Shown one piece after another: positions 28,645 to 39,857 of a DNA stretch of 64,000 bases. The stretch's first letter is position 1. Every line of letters begins with the position of its first letter. This DNA is from Archaeoglobi archaeon (GTDB lineage Archaea > Halobacteriota > Archaeoglobi > Archaeoglobales > Archaeoglobaceae): the NCBI GenBank assembly GCA_029259335.1, contig JAPDIY010000003.1, positions 725 to 64,724 of the forward strand, given 5' to 3'. Both the position numbers and the translations under genes were made by a program. The notes under the pieces were generated by a model that ran no database searches, was not told where the DNA came from, and saw nothing but the letters and a program-made list of their open reading frames with translations.

Positions 28645-29355
28645 TTACCACCTCAGAATACTTTTCAGAATGCTGAATGCTGTCTTTCTCCTCAGCATCT
28701 GCACTGCCTTTGCTGGCTCCACGTTCTTTGGACAGACCTCGCTGCACTCCATAGCGAGATGACATCTCCAAACACCATTTGAAGAACTCGCAATCTCGTA
28801 TCTCTCCTCATTTCCTTTATCTCTACTATCTGCGCAGAATCTGTAAGCTGCTGCCATTGCAGCCGGTCCGAGATAACCGTCAAGAGTTGCGGCAGCAGGA
28901 CAGACGGAGTAACAGGCACCGCACTTTATGCAGAGGGTGAAGACGTAGTACTCATTCAGCTCCTCTGGCGTTTGCAGAAGCTCTTTGGGCTCCTCATACT
29001 TGACATCTTCTCTTATCAGGTACGGCTTTACGGCCTTATGCTTCGCAAAGAATCCTTCGAAGTCAGTAATCAGGTCTTTTATAACCCTGAAGTTATCAAG
29101 TGGCTCGACAGTTATTTTGTCTCCGAGAAAGAGAATCTGCGTCTCACACGCCAGTCTTGGTTTACCGTTTATCTTCATAGCACAGCTCCCGCATATTCCC
29201 ATTCTGCACGAAGCTCTGAACGCGAGCGAGGAGTCGAGGTTCTCCTTGATGTAGTAAAGTCCTTCAAGGACAGTCATACCTTTCTTTGCCGGCACCTCGA
29301 AGGTCTGCCAGAAGGATTTTTTACCATCAAACCTCCTGATTTTAAATTCAGCCAT
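28645..29355 (-). CDS. sdhB: Succinate dehydrogenase Fe-S subunit
   Basis: SCRMGICGSC, CIKCGACYSVCP, CHLAMECSEVCP. Confidence 0.95.
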   Translation of the reverse strand: MAEFKIRRFDGKKSFWQTFEVPAKKGMTVLEGLYYIKENLDSSLAFRASCRMGICGSCAMKINGKPRLACETQILFLGDKITVEPLDNFRVIKDLITDFEGFFAKHKAVKPYLIREDVKYEEPKELLQTPEELNEYYVFTLCIKCGACYSVCPAAATLDGYLGPAAMAAAYRFCADSRDKGNEERYEIASSSNGVWRCHLAMECSEVCPKNVEPAKAVQMLRRKTAFSILKSILRW

Positions 29356-29364
29356 GCAACCACC

Positions 29365-31062
29365 TCAGTACTTCCTCTCTACCGGCTCCCACTTTGTTAT
29401 AGTGACAGGAATGTAGTCGAACCTCGGCCCTTCAGGTGTGTAGTAGGCAAGGGTGTGCTTCAGCCAGTTCTCGTCATCCCTCTTTGGATAGTCAAGCCTG
29501 TAGTGCGCTCCCCTGCTCTCCTGCCTCTTTAAAGCCCCTATTGCAACAACCTCTGCAAGATCAAGCATGTAGCCGATTTCAATGGCCATCATTAGGTCTG
29601 TGTTGAACCCCCTCGTTTTGTCGTTGATCTCAACGTTTTTATAGCGCTCCTTCAGCTCCTGAATCTTTTTGACAGCCTCCTTAAGTCCGTTCTCTTCCCT
29701 GAATATCCACATGTTCTTGTCCATCGTTTCATTGAGCTCCTTTTTTATCTCGTAAGGACTCTCGTCTCCGTTTTTTCCAAGAAGCCCGTCGTAAATTCTG
29801 CTCTCCTCCTCCTTCATAAATTCTTCTGAAATCCTCCCCTGCTTGGCATTCATAGCATACTCTGCCGCAACTTCTCCCGCAACTCTCCCAAAAACGAGAC
29901 ATTCGGCTGTGGAATTTGACCCAAGCCTGTTCGCACCGTGTATGCTTACGCATGCACACTCTCCAGCGGCAAAGAATCCCTTTACCGTGGTCTCACATCT
30001 GACGTTGGTGTGAATCCCGCCCATCGTGTAGTGAGCTACTGGCTTTACAGGTATTGGCTCCTCTACAGGATCAACACCGGCAAATTTTATTGCAGCGTCT
30101 CTGATTAGCGGTAATCTCTCCTCTATCTTCTCCTCGCCAAGGTGTCTGAGGTCGAGGGCGATGTAAGGGCCATATTCTCCCTCCAGACCTCTCCCCTCAA
30201 TTATCTCCGTCCACATCGCTCTCGAAACCACATCTCTCGGAGCAATCTCCATTTTCTCCGGTGCATACCTCTTCATGAACCTCTCACCGTCTTTGTTTAG
30301 CAGATAGCCACCCTCACCCCTGCAGCCTTCAGTCATGAGGATTCCCGAGGGAATCAGGCCTGTGGGATGGAACTGGAAGAATTCCATGTCCTTGAGTGGA
30401 ATTCCGTTGCGATAGGCAATCGCCAGTCCATCTCCAGTTACCTGATGGCTGTAGGTAGTGAAGCCGTAAAGTCTCCCTGCTCCACCGGTTGCGAATATAA
30501 CCGCTTTTGCCTCAAAAAATACGAGATTGCCTGTTTTAAGTTCAATTGCCGAAACTCCTTGCACAGCATTTTCTTCGATTACAAGATTAGTGATGAAATA
30601 CTCAGGGTAAATTTCGATGTTGTCGTACATCAGCATTCTCTCATACAGCGTGTGAACTTCGTGAAATCCCGTTCTGTCCTTTGCGAAGGTTGCCCTGTTG
30701 AAGCTGTGACCACCAAAAGGTCTCTGAGCTATAGTCCCATCTTCATTTCTGCTCCAAGGACACCCCCAGTTGTCGAGTCTCAGTATCTCCTTTGGACATT
30801 CCCTGACAAAAAACTCTACAGCATCCTGATCAGCGAGAAAATCGCTTCCCTTGACAGTATCCCATGCATGAAGGTCAAAGCTATCTCCTTCTCTCAAAAC
30901 AGCAGCAGTACCACCTTCTGCACATACGCTGTGACATCTGATCGGGTAAGTTTTTGCAATGATTGCAATTGAAAGTTCATCACTTTTTTCTGCCGCTGCA
31001 ATTGCAGCCCTCATCCCAGCAAGTCCCGCACCAACAATAACAATGTCGTGCTGCACTTTCAC
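29365..31062 (-). CDS. sdhA: Succinate dehydrogenase flavoprotein
   Basis: GAGLAG, HSVCAEGG, QFHPTG, HYTMGG, HGANRLGSNS; GTG start 31062 after AGGTGA. Confidence 0.95.
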   Translation of the reverse strand: MKVQHDIVIVGAGLAGMRAAIAAAEKSDELSIAIIAKTYPIRCHSVCAEGGTAAVLREGDSFDLHAWDTVKGSDFLADQDAVEFFVRECPKEILRLDNWGCPWSRNEDGTIAQRPFGGHSFNRATFAKDRTGFHEVHTLYERMLMYDNIEIYPEYFITNLVIEENAVQGVSAIELKTGNLVFFEAKAVIFATGGAGRLYGFTTYSHQVTGDGLAIAYRNGIPLKDMEFFQFHPTGLIPSGILMTEGCRGEGGYLLNKDGERFMKRYAPEKMEIAPRDVVSRAMWTEIIEGRGLEGEYGPYIALDLRHLGEEKIEERLPLIRDAAIKFAGVDPVEEPIPVKPVAHYTMGGIHTNVRCETTVKGFFAAGECACVSIHGANRLGSNSTAECLVFGRVAGEVAAEYAMNAKQGRISEEFMKEEESRIYDGLLGKNGDESPYEIKKELNETMDKNMWIFREENGLKEAVKKIQELKERYKNVEINDKTRGFNTDLMMAIEIGYMLDLAEVVAIGALKRQESRGAHYRLDYPKRDDENWLKHTLAYYTPEGPRFDYIPVTITKWEPVERKY

Positions 31063-31227
31063 GCTATCACCTAAATTGCAAGTATGATTGTTACAATCCT
31101 CTTTTTTAAATTTACTACTTACTCTCTTCCTCATCTAAAAATAGCTTTGTATTTTTTGTATTCCTAAGTACTTGCTCGCAATCGTCAGAACAAAAGTCTT
31201 TATAAACCACAATATTAACTCCAACCA

Positions 31228-31956
31228 ATGCCGCTACTTGAAATCATAGACCTCCACAAGCAATTCAATGATCTTCATGTACTGCGTGGTATTAACATGT
31301 GCGTCGAGAAGGGAGAAGTCGTCGTCATCATCGGCCCTTCAGGCAGCGGCAAATCCACTCTTCTCAGATGCATAAATAGACTTGAGGAGCCCACTTCAGG
31401 CAAAATTATTCTGGACGGCATTGAAATCACTGACAGCAAGGTAGATATCAACAAAATCAGACAGCGGATAGGAATTGTTTTTCAGCAGTTCAATCTCTTC
31501 CCCCACCTAACGGCTTTGCAAAACATCACCCTCGCCCCAATAAAAATCAAGAAAATGGATAAAAGAGAGGCTGAAGAACTGGCGATGAAACTACTTGAGA
31601 AGGTGGGGCTCGCTGATAAAGCGGACTACTATCCAGCTCAGCTCAGTGGTGGACAGCAGCAGAGGGTTGCAATTGCCAGAGCTTTGGCAATGAACCCTGA
31701 GGTTATGCTCTTCGATGAGGTGACTTCCGCTCTTGATCCTGAACTCGTCAAGGAGGTTCTTGATGTCATGAAGAACCTTGCCAGAGATGGAATGACCATG
31801 CTCGTCGTAACTCACGAGATGGGGTTCGCAAAAGAGGTTGGAGACAGGGTAATTTTTATGGATGGAGGAGTGATAGTCGAGGAGGGACCACCAGAAAAAT
31901 TGTTCTCCGATCCGGAACACGAGAGAACGAGGAAGTTTCTAAGCATGATTCTTTAA
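31228..31956 (+). CDS. glnQ: Polar amino acid ABC transporter ATPase
   Basis: [28 protein letters not shown]. Confidence 0.92.
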   Translation: MPLLEIIDLHKQFNDLHVLRGINMCVEKGEVVVIIGPSGSGKSTLLRCINRLEEPTSGKIILDGIEITDSKVDINKIRQRIGIVFQQFNLFPHLTALQNITLAPIKIKKMDKREAEELAMKLLEKVGLADKADYYPAQLSGGQQQRVAIARALAMNPEVMLFDEVTSALDPELVKEVLDVMKNLARDGMTMLVVTHEMGFAKEVGDRVIFMDGGVIVEEGPPEKLFSDPEHERTRKFLSMIL

Positions 31957-32026
31957 AGACTACAGTCCACTGGATAACTTGCATGCTCCAAAAACTAAAA
32001 ATATTGTTCTGCTAACAATATGATAG

Positions 32027-32440
32027 GTGGTTAGTATTAGCTGGCAGATCATTCTCGCAGTGATAAGTGTAATTGCCGGATTTGTTATTACGGACAGAAT
32101 TCTTGAGAGGAGAGGCTATGGCATTAGAAGCAAGGTTGCCAATGTTAATATAGATGATCTCGGTGATTTTTTGAGGGAGAAGTATCTGGTTAATGTGGCC
32201 ATCATAAGGGGAGAAAGCAAAAAAGCACTCGGTGTTGACGACTTTGAAATTGACGAGATGAGGACAGCGCTTGAAGTTTCGAGAAGTGACGAAATAATCA
32301 CCATATCGGACAGCGACTACAAGTATGCGATTAAAAGAGGAGACGTCTTTATTTACCTGCACGGTAAGTTTATCTCGCTTGAGGATTTCTCAGAAGTCTG
32401 GATGATTGTTCAAAACGCTTTGAGGGAGGTGGAAATTTGA
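32027..32440 (+). CDS. Hypothetical protein with N-terminal membrane anchor
   Basis: Hydrophobic N-terminus; operon with next two genes. Confidence 0.7.
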   Translation: MVSISWQIILAVISVIAGFVITDRILERRGYGIRSKVANVNIDDLGDFLREKYLVNVAIIRGESKKALGVDDFEIDEMRTALEVSRSDEIITISDSDYKYAIKRGDVFIYLHGKFISLEDFSEVWMIVQNALREVEI

Positions 32441-33123
32441 TTTTACTCGTTATTGCTCTGCTTTCAGCAACAACCGCTGCGCAGGGAGACGTGATTAATC
32501 TGACCCTGATCCAACAAGCTCAGGTAGTTCTTGACGACTGCATGTACTTCGAGAACACCCTTACCAACTCTGCAAACCTTACTGCTGGGGAGTATGCGAT
32601 AAAAATTACCCACTCATGCTACGGAACCCATTTTATAGAGATTAAAAGTGCTGAAGGTACCGAGATTATTCAAGTGAAGGTAGAAGAGGATAAAGATCCG
32701 GAAAAATCCCTTGTTGAATTGGATAATCAAATTCTCAACCTGAAAAAAGAAATTTCGCAATTGCAGAATAAAAACAGCTATCTGCAAAATCTCGTGGAAA
32801 CTCTAAACAGCATCAACGTGGAGCTTTATGACAGGGCAAAGGAATATGCTGAGGAGAACAGAAATCTCAAAAAGGAGCTTGGAAAGCTCAGAGTTATGGC
32901 TGAGAATTGCTCCAAGGTTGTGGAAGATCTTGAACAGCTACTAGTTGGTAAAAATGAGACGATAAAAAGTCTCGAAAGTGAAAATGCACAGCTTAAGAGT
33001 CAGATTGAGGCACTCAATCAAAGCCTCCTTGCAGCAAATTCCTACTCAGAAATCTTCCGCACTCTGTTCTTCTCAACTCTTGCATTCCTCGTAGGGTCGC
33101 TGTTTGCGATCTTCAGGAGGTAA
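32437..33123 (+). CDS. Secreted coiled-coil protein with C-terminal TM
   Basis: Signal peptide, heptad-rich middle, TM followed by RR. Confidence 0.75.
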   Translation: MILLVIALLSATTAAQGDVINLTLIQQAQVVLDDCMYFENTLTNSANLTAGEYAIKITHSCYGTHFIEIKSAEGTEIIQVKVEEDKDPEKSLVELDNQILNLKKEISQLQNKNSYLQNLVETLNSINVELYDRAKEYAEENRNLKKELGKLRVMAENCSKVVEDLEQLLVGKNETIKSLESENAQLKSQIEALNQSLLAANSYSEIFRTLFFSTLAFLVGSLFAIFRR

Positions 33124-33126
33124 AGG

Positions 33127-33828
33127 ATGGAGATCTTTGTGATTGGTAGCGCTGGTAGTGGTAAGAGCACCTTCGTCAGGAGCTTTTCCGAGTTTCTCAG
33201 GGAAAAAGGTTACAAGGTGAGCTGCGTAAACCTTGATCCGGCGAGCGACCCTATCTTTAGAGCAGATGCAGATATAAGGGACTACGTCAGAACAGAGGAT
33301 GTTATGAGGAATTATGGGCTAGGCGTGAATGGAGCGCTGCTGAAGTCTGTCGAGCTTGGACTTGAATTTGCTGAGAGGCTGAAGAGAGAGGCAGATTACG
33401 TTCTTTACGACACTCCAGGGCAAATGGAGTTGTTCATATTCTCCAAAGAGGGAAGAAAGTTTGTTGAAAAACTTTCTGGATCGTTTACCGCTGCACTTTT
33501 CCTCATGGACATGACGCTTGTTCAGGATGTGGAGAGTTTTCTCTCTGCCGTTCTTCAGGATGTTATAGTATCTCTAAGGCTTTCTCTACCAACTCTCACT
33601 GTCTTCACAAAAGTGGATGTCGCTGATTCCGATATAAACGCGATGGTGGATGATATCTCCAAGAAAGAAGGTGTTCTCGCCGAGCTACTTGAGAAAATAG
33701 TGGAATTTATCGAGTACACGACAATACCCTACAGACCAATCAAAGTTTCGAATGTTAAAAAAACAGGTTATGAAGAGCTTCTTTCTGCAATTAATGAGCT
33801 CTTCTGTGCCTGCGGGGATATAAGCTGA
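33127..33828 (+). CDS. GPN-loop GTPase family protein
   Basis: GSAGSGKST, NLDPA, GLGVNGA, DTPGQME. Confidence 0.9.
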   Translation: MEIFVIGSAGSGKSTFVRSFSEFLREKGYKVSCVNLDPASDPIFRADADIRDYVRTEDVMRNYGLGVNGALLKSVELGLEFAERLKREADYVLYDTPGQMELFIFSKEGRKFVEKLSGSFTAALFLMDMTLVQDVESFLSAVLQDVIVSLRLSLPTLTVFTKVDVADSDINAMVDDISKKEGVLAELLEKIVEFIEYTTIPYRPIKVSNVKKTGYEELLSAINELFCACGDIS

Positions 33829-34302
33829 CTATTCTTCCGGAATCTCCACCTTGCCCTCGTCAATTTCCTTGGTAAGCTCCTTGGGGCTCTTTCCATCCAC
33901 AGTAATTCCCATGGAGTTGCAGGTTCCAAGAACCTCCTTCACAACCTCCTTGAGGGTGTACGAAAGGGATTGCTGCTTCTTGATTCTTGCAATGCTGATA
34001 AGCTGCTCCATCGTCAGGTTACCGACAAATTCTCTACCAGGATTACTTGCTCCCTTTTCAATACCAAGTTCTCTCTTGATCAGGGCTGAAACCGGTGGTA
34101 TTCCGACCTCTATATCGAAAGATCTGTCGTCGTGGACTATTATCTTCACCGGAACATTCAGCCCCTCGTAATCCTTCGTCGCCTCATTTATCTTGTCCAC
34201 AACCTGCTTTACATTCAGTCCAAGCGGGCCTATGGCAGGACCCAACGGTGGGCCCGGAGAAGCCTGACCACCAGGAACCAAAACCTCCACCACTTGCACC
34301 AT
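33829..34302 (-). CDS. rpl11: 50S ribosomal protein L11
   Basis: [25 protein letters not shown]. Confidence 0.97.
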   Translation of the reverse strand: MVQVVEVLVPGGQASPGPPLGPAIGPLGLNVKQVVDKINEATKDYEGLNVPVKIIVHDDRSFDIEVGIPPVSALIKRELGIEKGASNPGREFVGNLTMEQLISIARIKKQQSLSYTLKEVVKEVLGTCNSMGITVDGKSPKELTKEIDEGKVEIPEE

Positions 34303-34306
34303 TTCT

Positions 34307-34759
34307 CTACACCTCCTCTTTTTTGTCTATCACTCTAACGTGATCTGCCTTAACGGTTACCGGAATTGGAACGACAGCCTCAAGAAGTTCAACTGTTATT
34401 TCATTCTTTGCCTCATCAACACGCTTGACTATCGCGAGTTCACCTTTAAACGGACCTGAAACGATCTCAATCGTATCTCCTTCTCTGATCTGCTCCGCAG
34501 CCTTCTTGGGTGTCAGAAAGTGCTCAATCTCGCTGAATTTTATCTCACCTTTAACAACACCTCTGACATGTGGTAATCCCCTGATTACTTTCAGGAGATC
34601 ATCTGGTGTTTCAGCTTCGACGATTACATAACCTCTAAGCTCTTTAGGAGCTAAAATTGAATAAATACCAAGCTTATGCTTTTTGGCAGCCATTTCCATG
34701 AGATTGGCAACAACTCTCTCCTGATTGGCGGTTGTTTTGACAGCAAAGTATCTGCTCAT
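34307..34759 (-). CDS. spt5: Transcription elongation factor Spt5
   Basis: TTANQE, GYVIVEA, KOW SGPFKG. Confidence 0.96.
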   Translation of the reverse strand: MSRYFAVKTTANQERVVANLMEMAAKKHKLGIYSILAPKELRGYVIVEAETPDDLLKVIRGLPHVRGVVKGEIKFSEIEHFLTPKKAAEQIREGDTIEIVSGPFKGELAIVKRVDEAKNEITVELLEAVVPIPVTVKADHVRVIDKKEEV

Positions 34760-34941
34760 TTCAGAGCACCCGGCAGAATCTCCATCAGTATGTAGATTGC
34801 AAAACCGATAAACCCGACAACGAACATAACAGCTAAAGCTACCTTTGCAGTCATTGAGAATTCTTCCCAGTCCGGCTTTCTTGCCATCTTCAGAACATTG
34901 TAGTATTCTTTGAGCTTATTCTGAATATCGCTGACCTGCAT
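34756..34941 (-). CDS. secE: Protein translocase SecE/Sec61 gamma
   Basis: VLKMARKPDWEEF plus TM. Confidence 0.95.
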   Translation of the reverse strand: MQVSDIQNKLKEYYNVLKMARKPDWEEFSMTAKVALAVMFVVGFIGFAIYILMEILPGALK

Positions 34942-34972
34942 GCAACTCTTGTCTCCGGCTGGTTTATTAAGC

Positions 34973-36079
34973 TTACCGCACGAAGTCTATACCGTACTTT
35001 CTCGTTACCGGATATCCCTTCCTACCCAGAATTTGCGGACTTTTCACACCGGTTACGATTATCAGCGTCCTCATCGTGTTTTCAAGTTCTGGGTCGATCA
35101 TCGCTCCCCAGATTATCCTTGCATCTGGATCAACCTTGCTGTAAATCTCTTCAATCACGCTCTCAGCCTCTTCAATCGTCATATCCGGACCGCCTGTAAC
35201 ATTAACGAGCGCTGCTTTGGCTCCTGATACATCTACATCCAGCAATGGGCTCTTCAAGGCCTTTCTGACGGATTCTGCAGCCTTGTCCTCCCCACTCGCC
35301 TCTCCAAGACCAATCATCGCAACTCCGCCCTTCTCCATCACGGTTCTTACATCAGCAAAGTCCAGATTAATGAGTGCGGGCTTTGTTATGAGTTCAGTTA
35401 TACCCTTAACAGCTCTCATCAGAATCTCATCGGCAACCTTGAAGGCAAGCTGCATCGGGTAATTGGGAACAACTTCAAGCAACCTGTCATTCGGGATCAC
35501 AATTACTGTGTCGGCAACCTCTCTCAACCTCTCAAGCCCGGCCTCGGCATTTGACCTCCTTACGGCACCTTCTGCAGAGAACGGGAATGTCACAACCGCT
35601 ATTGTTAATGCTCCAGCCTCTTGAGCAGCCTCGGCTATAACCGGAGCGGCTCCTGTGCCGGTTCCACCACCAAGACCACAGGTTACAAAAACCATATCTG
35701 AGCCTTCTACAAGCTTCTTTATTTCTTCCTCACTCTCTCTCGCCGCCTCCTCTCCAACCTGAGGAAGGCTGCCAGCTCCAAGACCTCTCGTCCTCCTTTT
35801 GCCAATTAAAAGCCTCTTGTTTGCCTTGGTGTAGTAAAGGTGCTGCACATCGGTGTTTACAGCGATCATCTCAGCCCCTTCAATTCCCTCTTCGAACATT
35901 CTCGTTATTGTATTGCAGCCACCACCACCAACACCAATTACTTTGATAACAGTCTTCAGTTCATGCAGCGTTTGTAGAATCTCATCTTCAACATCTTCAA
36001 CTCCTCGCCCCTCTATTCTCTCTCTCTTCTCCCTCTCAGCTCTTGCAAGAGCTTCCTCCACGATAGATTTCATGAACAT
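34973..36079 (-). CDS. ftsZ: Cell division protein FtsZ
   Basis: [25 protein letters not shown]. Confidence 0.97.
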   Translation of the reverse strand: MFMKSIVEEALARAEREKRERIEGRGVEDVEDEILQTLHELKTVIKVIGVGGGGCNTITRMFEEGIEGAEMIAVNTDVQHLYYTKANKRLLIGKRRTRGLGAGSLPQVGEEAARESEEEIKKLVEGSDMVFVTCGLGGGTGTGAAPVIAEAAQEAGALTIAVVTFPFSAEGAVRRSNAEAGLERLREVADTVIVIPNDRLLEVVPNYPMQLAFKVADEILMRAVKGITELITKPALINLDFADVRTVMEKGGVAMIGLGEASGEDKAAESVRKALKSPLLDVDVSGAKAALVNVTGGPDMTIEEAESVIEEIYSKVDPDARIIWGAMIDPELENTMRTLIIVTGVKSPQILGRKGYPVTRKYGIDFVR

Positions 36080-36198
36080 CCCCCATTACTTTTTCAATTA
36101 TCCATACAAGATAGTATATAAATCCTTTGTTCAGCTTACGCTTTCCTTATTTCCATTGGAGCCATTACCCTTATAACTCCCTTTAACAACATTGGACG

Positions 36199-37170
36199 AT
36201 GATTGAAAAAGTAACGGATGGAGTTTACAGAATAGAAGTACCCCTCCCTCGAAACCCCCTGAAATACACAAACTCCTATCTCATTAAGGGAGATAAAGAA
36301 TCGCTGATAGTGGACACGGGAATGAACAGGGAGGAATGCTATAAGGCTCTCAGCTTGGCTTTGAAAGAGCTGGATGTGGTGGATCCCAGTATTTTTATCA
36401 CTCACCTTCATGCTGATCACATTGGCCTTGCAGGTGAGTTTGGGGCAAAGGAGGTTTTCTTCAGTAAAACGGAGTCCGAAATTGTTCTTAAGATGCTCGA
36501 TGATCCGTCAGAGTACTGGAGGACAATACTTGAAAACTACATGGCTAACGGCTTTCCACAGGAAGAAGCAAAGAAGATGCTAAAGCTTCATCCAGGAATA
36601 AGGTACACTTCCATGGAAAAAATTGAGTTCACAGAACTGAAGGATGGAGACGAGATAGAGATCGGGGATTTCAGATTAAAGTGCCTTGAAACTCCCGGCC
36701 ACTCTCCTAGCCACATGTGTCTTTATGATGAAGACAGAAAAGTGTTCTTCTCAGGCGATCACGTCCTTATCGATATCACCCCGAACATAACTTGGTGGCC
36801 TTTCCTCGATAATTCACTAAAAAGCTACCTCGAAAGCCTTGACAAGGTCTGTAATTTGGATGTTAACCTCGTTCTACCCGGACATAGAAGATTGTGGAAA
36901 GATTTGAGGAAGAGAATTGAGGAGATCAGAAGGCACCATCAGGCCAGGCTTAAGGAGGCTTTGATGGCTTTGGATAGGCCAAAGACAGCATGGGAGGTTG
37001 CACCGAGCATAACATGGGACCTCGTTTATTCAAACTGGGAAGACGTGAACGTTGTGCAGAAATGGTTTGCAGTTGGGGAGACGATTGCTCATCTTGAATA
37101 TCTTTTCAAGCAGGGAGTTATTGAAAAGGAAATTTCGGGTGATGGCAAGGTTAGATATTTCAGATCCTAG
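36199..37170 (+). CDS. MBL-fold metallo-hydrolase
   Basis: THLHADH, TPGHS, SGDH, PGH. Confidence 0.9.
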   Translation: MIEKVTDGVYRIEVPLPRNPLKYTNSYLIKGDKESLIVDTGMNREECYKALSLALKELDVVDPSIFITHLHADHIGLAGEFGAKEVFFSKTESEIVLKMLDDPSEYWRTILENYMANGFPQEEAKKMLKLHPGIRYTSMEKIEFTELKDGDEIEIGDFRLKCLETPGHSPSHMCLYDEDRKVFFSGDHVLIDITPNITWWPFLDNSLKSYLESLDKVCNLDVNLVLPGHRRLWKDLRKRIEEIRRHHQARLKEALMALDRPKTAWEVAPSITWDLVYSNWEDVNVVQKWFAVGETIAHLEYLFKQGVIEKEISGDGKVRYFRS

Positions 37171-37171
37171 T

Positions 37172-37792
37172 TCAGACCTTTTTGAGCTCAGCCACCATCT
37201 TTTTTGTGTCAAAAATAGCGTATCTTCCCCACATAACCGGTCCGGGATTTACAGTGAGGGTGATCTTACTATCCACACCATGGGCTTCGTGAATATGGCC
37301 GCAGAGAATTGCATCGAGCGATTTTGCAAGTTCTCGAATTGCACTGCAACCAGCGTGAATGCCAGAGTAGGTTCTGTCCAGAACTCCTTTTGGTGGACAG
37401 TGGGAGAGCAAGATGTTCTTCTCACCGAGCTTCAATCCAGCAACCATCTCCCTAATTTCGTCCTCCGTATACTCCGAAGGTGTGTTGAAGGGTGTGATTC
37501 CTGAACCGCCAAGACCGTGGATGATGAAATCGTCCAAGGTTAAGCTCTCACGATGGATAAACCTAATCGCATCATAGTCATATTCCAGCACCTTTTCATG
37601 ATCGCAGTTACCGTGAACAGCGTAGCAGCTATCCGTATGCTGAGCTATGATTTTGTCTGCCTTAAAAACGTCTGGTGGGTGGAAGTGGGTAACGTCTCCA
37701 GCAATCACAACTGCATCAAAATCCTCCATCTCCAATATTCGCTTAAGATTCTCGAAACTTGAGTGGATGTCTGAAAGGAGAAGCAACCTCAT
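37172..37792 (-). CDS. Metallophosphoesterase
   Basis: SDIH, AGD, GNCD, GHIHE. Confidence 0.9.
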   Translation of the reverse strand: MRLLLLSDIHSSFENLKRILEMEDFDAVVIAGDVTHFHPPDVFKADKIIAQHTDSCYAVHGNCDHEKVLEYDYDAIRFIHRESLTLDDFIIHGLGGSGITPFNTPSEYTEDEIREMVAGLKLGEKNILLSHCPPKGVLDRTYSGIHAGCSAIRELAKSLDAILCGHIHEAHGVDSKITLTVNPGPVMWGRYAIFDTKKMVAELKKV

Positions 37793-39012
37793 ATTACGAA
37801 AATATCTCCATTCTTTGGAGCGTAGGCATCAACACCCAGATTTTCCCTTATCCAGCTTGCAAAAGCCTCGGTCTCTTCTCCGTGTATCGTGAAGACCACA
37901 TCTGCACCTTTCTTTACAACTCTTCTCACGTATTCTTTCAACTGTCTGTCATCCGCATGGGCCGAGAAGTCGTACTGCTCAACACCCATTTTTAGCTTTA
38001 CCGTCCTCGTTCCCAGATTAAGCATACCGTGTTTCAGAGCCATATCTCCGTTTGTTCCCTCAACCTGATAGCCAGTGAGAATTATCTTAGACTTCTCGTC
38101 ATTGTAAAGCTTGGAAATGTAGAACAATGCAGGCCCACCGTTCAGCATTCCTGCAGTTGTAACAACGGCAGAAGGTTCCTCAAGCACTTTCTCCCTTTTC
38201 TTCCATTCGACAGGCGTAGCGTTCCTAATCGCCCTCTTCAATGCTTTTGGACTTTTTATAAAATCAGGATACCTTGAGATTATTTTTGCCACTTCCTTAC
38301 CCAGACCATCCACGTAGGGTGAGACGCCATATTTTTCCAGAATCATCAGAACCTCCTGAGTCCTTCCAACTGCGAAAGCCGGGATTATCGCGTGCCCACC
38401 CATATCTATCGTGTCAACGACACTTTCCACAAACGCCCTCTCAAGCTCCTTCCTCTCTGGATGTTCCGTGCCGAAATACGTGCTCTCAACAATTAGGATG
38501 TCAGTGTGGGGATAGTCTGTGTCTGCACCTTCAAGGAGCCTTGTCTCTTCGAGCTTTATATCTCCCGAATACAGGATGTTTACATCACCCCTCAAGTGAA
38601 TGCTCGCACTGCCGGGAATGTGGCCAGCATTGAAAAACTCGATTTCGTAGTCAGCAATCTCTACTTCATCCTCATATTCCACCTCTCTCACATTGCTCTC
38701 AAACTGCCTCAATTCTCTCTTTGTGAATGGGGGTGGTTGCATGATATTCATCGAGTCCTTCAAAAGAACCATAGAAAGATCGTGAGATGGAGGTGTGAGC
38801 AAAACCTCTGGATCATAATACATGAGGTTGGGGGCAACACCAACATGGTCAAGATGGCCGTGAGAGATCACAACAGCCTTGGGCGATAAACCGTCTAAGG
38901 GAAATTCGGGTGGGTCAGAGGGTTTTACACCGTAATCGAGCACAATACCATCTACCATTACAGCAGATCTTCCGACTTCTCTGCATCCTCCAAGGAATTT
39001 AATCGTAGTCAT
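37789..39012 (-). CDS. Beta-CASP MBL ribonuclease (aCPSF-like)
   Basis: GGCREVGRS, SHGHLDH, AGHIPG, ESTY, FSAHAD. Confidence 0.9.
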   Translation of the reverse strand: MTTIKFLGGCREVGRSAVMVDGIVLDYGVKPSDPPEFPLDGLSPKAVVISHGHLDHVGVAPNLMYYDPEVLLTPPSHDLSMVLLKDSMNIMQPPPFTKRELRQFESNVREVEYEDEVEIADYEIEFFNAGHIPGSASIHLRGDVNILYSGDIKLEETRLLEGADTDYPHTDILIVESTYFGTEHPERKELERAFVESVVDTIDMGGHAIIPAFAVGRTQEVLMILEKYGVSPYVDGLGKEVAKIISRYPDFIKSPKALKRAIRNATPVEWKKREKVLEEPSAVVTTAGMLNGGPALFYISKLYNDEKSKIILTGYQVEGTNGDMALKHGMLNLGTRTVKLKMGVEQYDFSAHADDRQLKEYVRRVVKKGADVVFTIHGEETEAFASWIRENLGVDAYAPKNGDIFVI

Positions 39013-39080
39013 ACCTTTCAACTACTTTACCTTTGAATATATAAGTTTCGCCCATAAAATCCATTTTAAATTTAAATAAT

Positions 39081-39857
39081 TTACTCGTACCTTCTAATCT
39101 CACATCTGCCAGTATAATTTTCCTCAAGTATTTCTCTGAGCTTTCCACTGCAAACCGGACATTCTGGATTTTCAGGAATGCCGAAGCTGAAAAACTCCAT
39201 TGTGCTTAGATCCCCCCTCACAATTCTACCCGTTGCAACATCACCACTCTCAGTTACAAGCTTAATAACCTCTGCAGCTTGCATAGCACCAAATGTACCT
39301 GCTGTAGCACCTATTATGGCTCTCCCACTTATTGCACTTCCACTCTCTTCAGGAGCTTTGGGCAAATAGCAGCGGTAGCATGGCTTGCCTGTAAAAACTG
39401 ATAACTCTCCCTCCCATCCATAGACTGCTGCATGAACAAAGGGCTTTTTTAAGAGCATGCATGCATCGTTAATGAGATACCGAACTCTGAAACTATCAGG
39501 ACATCCCACCACGACATCATACGGCTCTATCAGGTCAACTGCATTCTTGGGGTTGATTGAATATGGGTAGATGTCAACAACAACATCAGGATTTAGCTTT
39601 TCGACAAATTTTGCTGCTGACTCTGCCTTATTTTCGTTCAGATTCCCGGCATGTATGATTTGCCTCTGCAAATTTGATTCTTCAACAGAATCACCATCAA
39701 CAATTCCGATCCTACCAACTCCTGCAGCAGCTAAATAGGCAATCACAGGACTGCCAAGACCACCTGCGCCAATAACAAGAACTTTGGCTTTCGTCAGTTT
39801 TTCCTGCCCACTTATTCCAAAAACCTCAATCTGTCTTTTGTATCTGTCAAATGTCAA
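39081..39857 (-). CDS. moeB: ThiF/MoeB (E1-like) adenylyltransferase
   Basis: GAGGLGS, SNLQRQ, CYRC, CPVC. Confidence 0.88.
   Translation of the reverse strand: MTFDRYKRQIEVFGISGQEKLTKAKVLVIGAGGLGSPVIAYLAAAGVGRIGIVDGDSVEESNLQRQIIHAGNLNENKAESAAKFVEKLNPDVVVDIYPYSINPKNAVDLIEPYDVVVGCPDSFRVRYLINDACMLLKKPFVHAAVYGWEGELSVFTGKPCYRCYLPKAPEESGSAISGRAIIGATAGTFGAMQAAEVIKLVTESGDVATGRIVRGDLSTMEFFSFGIPENPECPVCSGKLREILEENYTGRCEIRRYE

Noticed and set aside
31228-31956. ABC ATPase with no permease or binding-protein gene
   Set aside because: Scattered transporter subunits are common; nothing else unusual
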